A DNA stretch of 64,000 bases, taken from assembly GCA_963751345.1 (NCBI GenBank), contig CAVVUS010000032.1, positions 1-64,000 of the forward strand, in the 5' to 3' direction. The stretch comes from an uncultured Chloroflexia bacterium. Its GTDB lineage: Bacteria; Chloroflexota; Anaerolineae; B4-G1; SLSP01. The notes beneath the pieces were generated by a model. That model had not been told where the DNA came from. It saw only the letters and a list, made by a program, of their open reading frames with translations, and ran no database searches. The number at the start of each line of letters is the position of its first letter. The stretch's first letter is position 1. This document shows positions 19,456 through 29,457 of the stretch, piece after piece. A program made the translations under genes and the position numbers.

Positions 19456-21668
19456 TCAGCGGCCCCGCTCGCTCTGCAGCCGTCTCGCTGTACTCAGCGT
19501 CCCGCTGACTGGGCCACCCTCCTCCGCCTCTCCTTGTCGCCCCTGCGCGCGCAGTTCCTCCCCCTCCTCTGCCTGGTGCCTCGGCGGCGCCTTCAGCGGC
19601 TCAGGATACTGCACACGCGGGTGGAAGGCGCCGCGCAGCAGGTCAACATAGCTTTGCCTGACTTGGTGCAGCTCGGCCATAGTGATCGGCGCCCCATCCA
19701 TCTGCCCATCCTGCATCCGCTGCTGGAAAATGTAGTCGACCACCGCCGCCAGATCCTCGGCAGTGCCCGGACGCCGCGCACGTGTCGCGGCCTCCGACCC
19801 ATCCGCCAGCATCACCAGCAGCGTCTCCCGGCTCTGCGGGACAGGACCGGGATAGCGGAACTGCGCCTCATCCACGAGATCCGCCTCCCCACCCGCGGCT
19901 TCCACAGCCTTCTGGTAAAGGAAACTCACCCGCAGTGTACCATGGTGTTCGGGGATGAAAGCCCGCACCTTAGAGGGAAGATGGTACTGCTTGGCCATCT
20001 CCACGCCGTCCCTAACGTGGCCGGCCAGCACATCGAGGCTCGCATAGGGATCGAGTCGATCGTGTGGGTTGCTCAGCCCCTGCTGATTCTCCACAAAGAA
20101 ATAGGGCCGCGCCAACTTGCCGATATCGTGATAGTAGGCACCCACGCGCGTGAGCAAGGCATTCGCGCCAATGCGCTCGGCCGCCTGCTCGGCCAGGCTG
20201 GCCACCATCATCACGTGATTGAACGTCGCCGGCGCCTCACGCAGCAGGCGCTGCAGCAACGGGTGATTGGGTCGGCTCAGTTCGGTCAGTCGGAATGTCG
20301 TCGTCAGGTCAAAAAGCGGGGTGAGCACAAAGAGGCCCCCAACCGTCAGACCTCCGGCGATCAGTCCACCGACGACACACGCCCCGAGCTTCATCGCCAC
20401 ATCCAGCGGGGCTATCGCCAGCTGCCCACCGAGAAGACGAAGACGACCAGCGCCTGAACCACACCCGCGATCAACCCGGATCGGAAGAGCCGTCCGGTCT
20501 GCTCGTAACGTGGCAGGGTCAGGACGGCATACAGCCCGCCCAGGGCCACCATCGCGGCGATCGCCATCGATCGTGCGCCCACCCACCCGCTCACAACGCC
20601 GAGAACTATGGCTGCAGCGACTGCAGGCAGGGGCCCAACGGTCGTCGCCAATAACATCGCCGCCGCCGCGCCGGGGAAGAGATAGGGCAGCAGCGCGCCC
20701 GACCGGACCAGCAGCCAGCACAGACCGAGGAAGAGCGTGAAAACCGAGGTGATGAGCACCTCTTGCCTTCCGCCGTCCAGGACCTCCGGTTGCACCCGGT
20801 GGACAAACATACCCGAGACAAAGATAGCCACGGCAGCGAAGAGAATAGCCACGCCCGCGCCCGTATCGTCCTGCGTCGCCGCGGTCAGCCCGAACTGCGA
20901 CAGCGCCTCGATGTCGAGGCTTGACACGATCGTGCCCTCGCGCACGATGACCTGACCGCTGCGGTACATCTGGACTGCCGGCCCGACTGCCTGGCGTGCG
21001 GCATCCTGGGCTGCCAACGTCGCGGCCTCGTCGTAGAAGACGTTGGGCCTGACAAAGCGCGTCACCAGGTTCTGCACCACCTCGGCCTCATCCTGGGCAA
21101 GGTCCAGCGGCACCAGCGTGGGGATTCGCTCTCGAACCCTGGCAAGATCGGCGTCACGGATCTCCTCCTGGCGCATCACCTGATCCAGCAGATCCAGAAA
21201 CTCCAACTGCACCCGGCTCCAGCTCGTGTCGGGCAGGGCAAGGATCGACAGCACGGTGTCCTGTGGTAGATCGCTAAGTTCCGGCACGGCGCGGATTGCG
21301 GCGCTTCGCTGCGCCTCCGATCCATACGTATCCGCCCTAACGGCACGCAGAAACGCCAGCACGTCACGGGCTCGCGTATACTGCTGTCGCGCGACGGTGG
21401 GGTCCGGCGGGGTGTAGCGGGATGCCACACGTCGGGCGGCATCATCCTGCGCCTGCCGCGTCAGGATGTCGCTGATGTAGGTCAGATCGCGCGGCGCCTC
21501 GATATTCTGTGAGGCGACATCGCCCGCCGAAAGATCGTACGCCTGCGGAGCCGAGTAGACGAGGACCAGCGACGTGGATGCTACCAACCAGAGCCAGAAT
21601 GCGCCCTGGCGCAGGGCCCATCCCCCTCGCCGTCTGCGAGTTTCGGATCGTCTCTTGGATCTCGCCAT
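19456..21668 (-). CDS. 7TM-HD (HDIG) phosphohydrolase, PgpH-like cyclic-di-AMP phosphodiesterase; frameshift near 20420
   Basis: Extracellular 7TMR-HDED region, TM bundle, APATFNH, YYHDIGK, EHHGT, FRYPGPVP, MLADGSEA. Next to ybeY-dgkA. Confidence 0.88.
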
Positions 21669-21690
21669 GGATTCGTTGCCCGAATAGACA

Positions 21691-21720
21691 AGGAGGGGCT
21701 CCCCGCAGGAGCCCCTCCTT
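21691..21720. terminator. Hairpin downstream of yqeY
   Basis: AGGAGGGGCTCC-CCGCA-GGAGCCCCTCCT. Confidence 0.55.
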
Positions 21721-21746
21721 CACGTCACTAGGTCAGAGACCGGGGG

Positions 21747-22193
21747 TCAGGCAGAGAGCAGGTCGCGGACAACCTGATTGACCATTCGACCATCTGCCCT
21801 CCCCTTCACTTGAGGCATCAGCGCCCCCATCACCCGGCCTATGTCGCGAGCCGAGGTCGCGCCGAGCTCGGCGATGACCGAAACGGCTACTCCACGAACT
21901 TCCGACTCGCTCATCAGCGCAGGAAGGTATGACCCCAGAATCTCCAGCTCGATCTCCTCGTCCGCAACCAGCTCATTGCGGCCCACCTCACGCATCATCT
22001 CGACGGCCTCTTCGCGCCGTTTTACCTCTTTGCGGATCAGGTCAACGATCTCGGGATCCGTCGGCGCGCGCCCCAGTTCGACTTCTGCCAGTTGGATCGA
22101 CGTCAGGACCATGCGTATGGCCGCCTTGCGGTGCGCATCCTGCGCGCGCATCGCGTCCCTCAGGTCACCTCGTAGCTGGTCTTCCAGGCTCAT
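21747..22193 (-). CDS. yqeY: GatB/YqeY domain protein
   Basis: DLRDAMRA, KEVKRREEA, YLPALMSE, GRVMGALM, GRADG. Confidence 0.93.
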   Translation of the reverse strand: MSLEDQLRGDLRDAMRAQDAHRKAAIRMVLTSIQLAEVELGRAPTDPEIVDLIRKEVKRREEAVEMMREVGRNELVADEEIELEILGSYLPALMSESEVRGVAVSVIAELGATSARDIGRVMGALMPQVKGRADGRMVNQVVRDLLSA

Positions 22194-22275
22194 ACAGCCT
22201 CACCACGCTCAACAACCAATACTTGGCACCTTGCCGGTCACTCAAAGCAGGGCGCCGGACGCTTCGTCTTCCCTA

Positions 22276-22482
22276 CTAGAACTGCCGGCGACTGTTCTTC
22301 AGCGTTGTGCGGCGGCTCTTGCGCAACTTGGCCGCTCGTTTCCGCTTCCGAACGATGCTGGGCTGCTCGAAATACCGCCGCTTACGTATCTCTGAGAGAA
22401 TCCGGTCTCGCTGCACCTTTTTCTTAAATCGACGCAGCAAGGAGTCAAATGACTCGCTGTCGTCCGCATAGACGAACGTCAC
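22276..22482 (-). CDS. rpsU: 30S ribosomal protein S21
   Basis: ESFDSLLRRFKKKV, EIRKRRYFEQPS. GTG start after a GGGGG SD. Confidence 0.93.
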   Translation of the reverse strand: MTFVYADDSESFDSLLRRFKKKVQRDRILSEIRKRRYFEQPSIVRKRKRAAKLRKSRRTTLKNSRRQF

Positions 22483-22592
22483 GCAACTCACCCCCTTCTT
22501 GCTCCCGCACCATATCACCGGACTGACACGGCAGCCCGCCTGACATGCTGTCGGCTAGGAGTCGCCTCTCCCAAAGGGAAGATCGCTCAAAC

Positions 22593-22620
22593 ATTATAGC
22601 GCCAGGCGTGTGCATGTCAA
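22593..22620 (-). promoter_or_regulatory. Sigma70 promoter of the rpsU operon
   Basis: Minus strand TTGACA-16 nt-TATAAT, perfect consensus. Confidence 0.8.
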
Positions 22621-22622
22621 GA

Positions 22623-24637
22623 TCACGGTTGATCCACGTCATACACCACCATCAGCAGCCGCCCATCCGGCGCGTGAAGCTCCGTCTGCACCCCTCCGGG
22701 AAAGCGCTGGTGGATCAGCTCCAGGTCGAGGACGCGCTCGGGCATCACGGCAAAGCGAGCCGGGCCGCTGATGGTGATCGGCACCTTGCCCCGGTCGACG
22801 TCCTCGCCGGGGAAGTGGCGAAGCATGAACTCCAGCGTCCCAAAGCCCCAGTACAGAAACGGCGGCCCGACGAAGTAGACGCGTCCGTGACACGCGCCGT
22901 CCGGGCACCGGGTCGCAGACGGGCTCGGGATGCGCCAGGCTGTATCTGGCGAAAGCTGTCGCGCTCTGCGCCGTCGGGTTGCCGTAGACCTGGGAGGGCA
23001 CGTACCGGCCGAAATAGAACGTCGCGTTCACGGTCACGATCATCGTCAGTGCCACCGTGGCCAGCGCCGCGAACGCGACCGTCCGCCGCCCCAGCAGCGA
23101 CCACACCCACTCGACGCCATACGCGACCAGCAGGACCACCGGCACGATCAGCAACAGCCCGCGCTGGCTGCTCGGCGGGTTCTCCGTGATGCCCCACGCC
23201 ATCAGCATCGTCGGCCACAGCCACAGGTGCGCCAAGGCCCTGGACGGCCACCGGACCCGGACGAAGCGCGGCGACCAGCCCGGTCGCCATCATTGCGCCC
23301 GACACGAAATCCACGAGTGGCCGGTCCGGACGGTACCAGAAGGTGGGATCCGGCGTCAGGTGGAACGCCGTAACGCTCTTCCAGAGCTGCAGCAACATCA
23401 ACTGGGTGGCGGAGCGTCCCGTGGTTGTCACCTCGCGCGAGAGCCAGCCCGAGACGAAGATGCTCACGGCACGATAGCGCTCCGTCAGTGAGGATCCGTG
23501 AAGGGTGTACCAGCCCAGGAGGGGAGCGACGGTGACCAGCCACCCGGCAGCAAACAGCACGAGCCCCGCCCGATGGCGCCGGAGCAGCGTCCGGTCGACC
23601 CAGGCACGCCACACCACGACCAGCGCCACGAGCACGACAACCCATCTGGCGCCAAAGTACCCATACCACCCGAGACCCGCGCCGATGCCCGCCAGTCCCC
23701 AGAGCGCCGCGGCAGACCTGTCGTGACCATCTTCACGCCGCAATGGATCCCCGAGCCCATTCCTGTGTTCGCGCCCGAAGCGGTCGCCCCCGGCCACCTG
23801 CCCCAATCCCAAGGCGCGCCAGACCAGCCACAGCGTCACGGTCCCGATCAAGGGATCGCCGATCTGATTCGATGCCAGGCGGCTGAAGTGGATGTGATAG
23901 GCCGCGCCCGCGAGCGCGACAGCCGCTACCCACCCCACACGCCGCCCGCCGACCGACCGCGCCAGCAGAAAGGTCGTCACCACCGTCAGTGTGCCCGCGA
24001 TGACAGACGTCATCCGTCCGCCCGCCACCGTCGCGCCAAAGATCCGCATCCCGACGCCATAGACCAGGAACGACATCGTGGGCACCGAATACCAACCGGT
24101 CGCAAACGGGTTGCCCAGTGGCCGCGTCACGAGATCGAGCGCCGCTGCCAGCTGCGAACCCTCATCGCCACCCAGGTTCGCAGGCGCCCTGCCGACGGCC
24201 ACGCCGCGCAGGAGGCCGGCCCCGATCACAAGGGCCACCAGCCCCCAACGCTCGGGCTTCGTCAGGCGTACTCCCCGCAACGCGTGGCCGCGCAGCGGGA
24301 CGGCGAGCGACAGGGCGAACCCGCCAACGGCTATGAGCCAGACGATCAGTGGTACGGTGAAGTCGTGCCCGTCTGGACGCGCCCGCGTGGCTAACGCCAC
24401 CGCCAGGCTCACGAACAACGCAGCGACGCGGATCCATCCCCCCGCCGAGTGCGGCACAGCCTCGCGCACGTACGTGATGCCCCTCCCGCCAAGGGGATGT
24501 CGACGCAGCCAGATCGCAGTGAGGCAGCCGAGGCCGACGACGAGGTAGAGCGCAGCATCCCAGACATAGACGCTCAGGGACAGGAGATAGGTACCCACCA
24601 ACAGCAGCAGGAGGGCAAGGCTCGTCAGGATGGGCAC
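22623..24637 (-). CDS. ArnT/PMT-like GT-C glycosyltransferase; frameshifts near 23260 and 22880
   Basis: LGGDEG, PFATGW, HIHFSR, YGYFGAR, many TMs. Confidence 0.8.
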
Positions 24638-24672
24638 GGGAACAGGCTCCTAGTCTGCAAGCAGCCCAGCGA

Positions 24673-25614
24673 TCAGTCGGTCGAGCAGAGCTCCGCTATG
24701 CGCTCCCCGGTGGCGCGGGCGCGGAGCCGAAGCAGCCCAAGGGAAGCGGACCCGTCGACGGTGAGGGCCAGAATCGCCTCGAGCACGTTGAGCGCATAGA
24801 GCATATAGCTCCCACCGGTGATGCTCTGCTCGAACCTCACCTGCTCGCGCCCCAGGATCCGCGCCATCTCCGCCGACGTCTGCCGGCTCTGGAGCACAGC
24901 CCGCGAGATCGAGTCAATCTCGGGCTCTTCCAGCGTGCCGACGGCGGTGAGCAGGCCGCTCTCGCTCGTCAGCAGCACGCCGTCGGCGCCCACCTCCCGC
25001 GCCAGATCGCGCATCAGCGCCTCGATAAGCCCCTGGTTGAGCCGGAACGTCTGCCGCGAGAGGGCGGGCTCCAGGCTCGATCCGGCATCTGTCTCCGCTA
25101 TCTCACCCGCTTGGCTCCGAGGCTCCACAGCGGCTTCGGCCCCCACGTCGTGCGCGATGGGCTCCCGGATCTCACCGTCAGCTTCAACCAAGGTCTCCGC
25201 GGCGTGTGGTGCCGGAGCCACCGTGGGCGTCGCATCCTCAATCGGCTCCGCCGGCAGCACGACGGCCGAGAGCGCCGCATCGATACGGTCGGGCAGCTCG
25301 GGCATGAAGAACGGTTTCGGGAGCACGCCCTGGATCGATGGGGCATCTTGGGCTAGCGCAGGCTCCTCCCCAAACATCGGGATCAGCATCAGCCGCGTCG
25401 ATGGGTTCAGCTTGCGCAGATCCCGGGCCAGGGTGATGGCGTCCGGATCCTCCAGCCCCATGTCGATGAGGGCCAGGTCCGTCTCCGTGCGCCGGGCGGA
25501 GGCGTAGGCATCCTCCCCGGAGTAGCACGCCACAACGTCGTGACCCAGGCGCGTGAGCTCCTCGGTCAGCAACGTGGCGAAGGCAACGTTTGGGTCAACC
25601 ACCAGCAGATGCAT
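24673..25614 (-). CDS. Receiver domain + acidic linker + Roadblock/LC7 (MglB-like) domain protein
   Basis: LLVVDPN..LALIDMGL..LPKPF receiver, then LAREVGADGVLLTSESG...SLGLLRL roadblock pattern. Confidence 0.75.
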   Translation of the reverse strand: MHLLVVDPNVAFATLLTEELTRLGHDVVACYSGEDAYASARRTETDLALIDMGLEDPDAITLARDLRKLNPSTRLMLIPMFGEEPALAQDAPSIQGVLPKPFFMPELPDRIDAALSAVVLPAEPIEDATPTVAPAPHAAETLVEADGEIREPIAHDVGAEAAVEPRSQAGEIAETDAGSSLEPALSRQTFRLNQGLIEALMRDLAREVGADGVLLTSESGLLTAVGTLEEPEIDSISRAVLQSRQTSAEMARILGREQVRFEQSITGGSYMLYALNVLEAILALTVDGSASLGLLRLRARATGERIAELCSTD

Positions 25615-25812
25615 AGCGTCTCTCCCGGAAACCTTGCGCAGGTTCGCGATAGGCCCTGCCGACCAGATGCCTGTGAAGGCGCAGATTCCGGCGCAAAGGG
25701 GCGCCGTCCTGACCTTCGCAAGGTTGGTGCGCCTCGACAGTCCCCTACGCCCATTGTAGGCATGCGGCGTAAAAGCGCAAGAATGGTACAATTACAGTAA
25801 GAAAGGAAACTT

Positions 25813-27930
25813 ATGCCGATACATAGGTCAGTGAACGGTTTGAACCGCCTCCTCCTCTCTGTGGCCGTCGGAAGCGCCCTGATCGCCGGCGTCCTCGTCA
25901 TCGCCTCCACGCCGGCGCGCGCCGAAGACGTGCCGCCCCAGCCCGACGTGACCACAACCGCCGGTCTCTTGGGCACGTGCTACGCCAACTACGCCACCGC
26001 GAGACCAGGATCTTGGCCCCCTGGCCTACCGCGCGGGGTCCCGTTGGGATCGCATAGACTTCAGCTGGAGCGTGCTGCAGCCCAGCCGCGACCAGTGGAA
26101 CTTCGAGCCCTACGACGATCTCACCGACCGGCAGCTCGGATACGGACTCGACATGATCGGGATCCTGGGGTCCACACCGACCTGGGCCTCCCCCGACTGC
26201 CGGGCCGTCGCGAAGTCCGGCGCCCTGCCGCCAGCCTTGCAGGGAAACCCCTCGACGGCCATCCGGCCCAACCAGGCCGATGGATGGCAGGCCTGCCCGC
26301 CCCAGGGCCTCTATCTCGACTGGAACGACCCCGGCAATCTGTGGGGCAGCTTCGTCTACACGACCGTGAGCCGCTACGCCGGAAAGGTCAACGTCTGGGA
26401 GATCTGGAACGAGCCCGACCTCTGGAACTGGTTCTGGCAGGGCTCGGTGGATGACTACGCGCAACTTCTGCGCGTCGGCTATCTGGCCACCAAGGCCGCC
26501 GACCCCAACGCCACGGTGCTCTTCGCCGGGCTGGCCTACTGGGCCAACCCCGCCTACTACGTCGCCGTTCTGGACGCGCTCCAGAGCCTGCCGGGCGCCG
26601 CGCAACACGATTACTTCTTTGACGTGATGTCCCTGCACCTCTACAGCAACGTCTACCAGATCCGTCCCATCGCCGCCGAAATCCAGGCCAATATGGCCTC
26701 GCGCGTCGGGCCGCACCCCATCTGGCTGACCGAGACCGGCGTTCCGCTGTGGGACGAATGGACGTCGGGCTTTCCCGAGACCTACAAGATCAACCGCGCG
26801 ACCGCCGAGGAGGCAGCGGCCTATGTGATTGAGGCCTTCTCCGAGGCTCGCTCCATCGGGATCGAGCGCTTCATCGTCTTCAGGACCCACGACGAGGCGA
26901 TGAGCGGGCCCGGCGGCCTGCCGGAGTACTTCGGCCTGGTTCGCAACGACCTGACGCTGCGCCCGGCCTACAGCGCCTTCCAGACCGCGGCGACCTATCT
27001 CTACGGGGAGAACCAGGTCACCGGCCCCTTCTCGAACGAGGGCATTCGCCGGATCACCTTCTGGGGCACCCCGCGCGGGCGCATCGACGTGCTCTGGAAC
27101 ACGACCGGCGCCCCGGTCACCTTTGGCCTCCCCGCCTATCTGCCTGAGGCCACCGCCGTCACCTACCGTGGCATGACCTCGACGCTCTCCGCCGCGAGCG
27201 GCGTCTACACCTTGACGCTCGCGCCGGCTACCGCCAATACCGCCGCGGATGGCAGCTACCTCATCGGCGGGCCGCCCGTCCTCGTGATCCAGGCCGACAC
27301 CCAGCCACCGACGTCGTCGCTCCATCCTCTGCCCTCGGTAACCTTCACGTCCGGCGTCACGCTGAGCTGGGACGTGATCGACGAGGGCACCGGCTACTGG
27401 TACGCCGAGATCGAGCGCGCCTCCGCACCCACGGGGCCGTGGACCACGGCAGCGGGCTGGGGCGACACCGATGACGCCATCACCGCCGTCGTGCCGGTCA
27501 CGACCTCCGGCACCGCCTACTTCCGGCTGCGCGCTCGTGACAATGCGGGCAACTGGGAAGCGTGGCCCACGACGGCTGAGGCATCGACCCGCGCCATGCT
27601 GACCCGCACCGTTGCCCTCTCAGTGACCGCTTCTTATGCCGGACACCATCGGGGAGCATGTTTCCGGGCCTACGCAGTGGAGTTCGTCTGGGCCGACGCG
27701 GCTCGGGACACGTCATCAGCACAAGCCGAGGAACCGTCAGGCCTGGCAGATCACGCAGACCGTTGATGCCGGGCAGCTACCTCGTCACCGCCCGGGCACC
27801 CGGTACGCTTATGGCCGTCCACCGTTTTGACGTCACGCCCGGCATAGCCCCGCTCACCGTCACCGCCACGCTGCCGCTCAAGCTTATCGTCGCCAGCGTC
27901 TATATGCCCATGGTCATGCGTGGTCCCTGA
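25813..27930 (+). CDS. Secreted clan GH-A glycoside hydrolase (GH5/GH39-like) with C-terminal beta domains; frameshifts near 26000 and 27650-27720
   Basis: Signal peptide ending PARA, WEIWNEPD (acid/base), IWLTETG (nucleophile), FN3-like FRLRARDNAGNWE, terminal SVYMPMVMRGP. Confidence 0.78.
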
Positions 27931-28030
27931 GTCGTCGCCCTGATGCACCACGTCCGTCTCGCGGCGCCCAGCCGGGTCCGTAGGTGCGGCCTTCGGTCGT
28001 TCCGCCCACCTGTCCGGAACCGATGAATCG

Positions 28031-29363
28031 GTGACCACGGACCCTCGCCGCGCAGCCCTGGCGCTCATCCTCTCCTCCATCCTCGTCCTCACCGGGTGCG
28101 CAGCAATCGCCCTGCCTGACGCCACTCCTACCGCGACGATCACCGGTACGCTGGACGCGGCTGCCGCGTTTGCCGCCAAGGGCGAATACACCGCCGCGGA
28201 GTCCCTCTACCGGGTGGCCATCGATGCTGCGCCGGACGATCCGACCCCGGCCCTCGTCCTGTCCGATCTCTATCTCGCCTGGGGCCGCCCAACCGACGGG
28301 CTCGCCGCGCTGGACACAGCCACCGCCCGCGGCGCCACTGCCGAAGAGGAAAGCTCCCGCCGCCTGGCGCTGCTGAGCGCCGCAGGCGAATGGCGCCAGG
28401 TCACCGCCCTGGCGGGGAGCATGCTGGAAGCCGACCCGGCCAACGGCGACGCCCTCGCTGCGCTGACCCGGGCTGCCCTTCAGCTTGGAGCGTGCGACGA
28501 GGCCCAGGAGGCAGCGGAGCGCGCCGTCACCGCCCATCCCACGGACGCCCGGGCCATCGAAGCCGCGGCACTGCTCGACGCGGACTACGCTCGGTTAGCG
28601 GACGTCGCGCCCGACCTTGGTCGCGGGGCTGGGAACCTGCTCGGAGGGCTGCGACCGCGCGGTCGGCATGCGGCTCGTCCGCGAGGGACGTTGGGATTAC
28701 GCGGTCTGTCTGCTGCAGCGTGCAGCGGTCGCCGATCCGCAGGACGCGGAGGTCCAGGCCTGGCTTGGGGAGTCCTATAGCCGCCTCGGCCGGCCCAACG
28801 CTGCCTACGTCCATCTGCGCGCCGCGGTCGAGCTGGCGCCCGACCTGCCGCAGGCGTGGCTGCTCCTGGGCAAGCTCACGCTCGTGACGGGCAACTTGGA
28901 CGACGCCCGCGTCGCACTGCTCAACGCCCAGAAGCTCGACCCGGCCAACCCCGCCGCCTGCCTCGCCGTAGCCGAGCTCCAGGCGCGGGCCGGGAAGTAT
29001 GGTGAGGTCGATCGCTGGACCCAAGCTGCGCTTGACCGGGCGCCCGAGGATGCGGAGGTCTGGAAGGCCGTCGCGCGCTTCTACCTCAGCCGCGACCTCG
29101 CCGGCAACGCGGTGGCCCGGGAGGCCACCGCCATGGCCGTGGACCTGGCCCCCGGCGACGCCGAGGCCCACCTGCTAAGCGGCTGGATTCAACTGCTGCA
29201 GGGCCGTCCGGCAGAGGCGCTGGAAGCCCTCGACCGCGCCGTCGCGCTGGATCCCACGCTCGCCGAGGCCTACTACCGCCAGGCGCAGGCCCTCACCGCC
29301 ACCGGCGATCCTGCCCGCGCCGAGCAGGCCCTCACCCGCGCCGCCGACCTCGGCTACCGCTGA
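28031..29363 (+). CDS. TPR-repeat lipoprotein; frameshift near 28620
   Basis: Lipobox VLTGC and repeated TPR helices (ALDRAVALDPTLAEAYY). Confidence 0.8.
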
Positions 29364-29457
29364 GTGTCTCGGCTGCGCCACCGTACGCCATCATAGATTG
29401 GACCAATCTCGGAAGATTGGTGCCAATCTTGTGCATCGCCCGTGTGGCCCGTGGTTC

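Noticed and set aside
18329-22482. rpsU-yqeY-pgpH-ybeY-dgkA cluster as a novel system
   Set aside because: This gene neighbourhood is well known from Firmicutes and other Terrabacteria.
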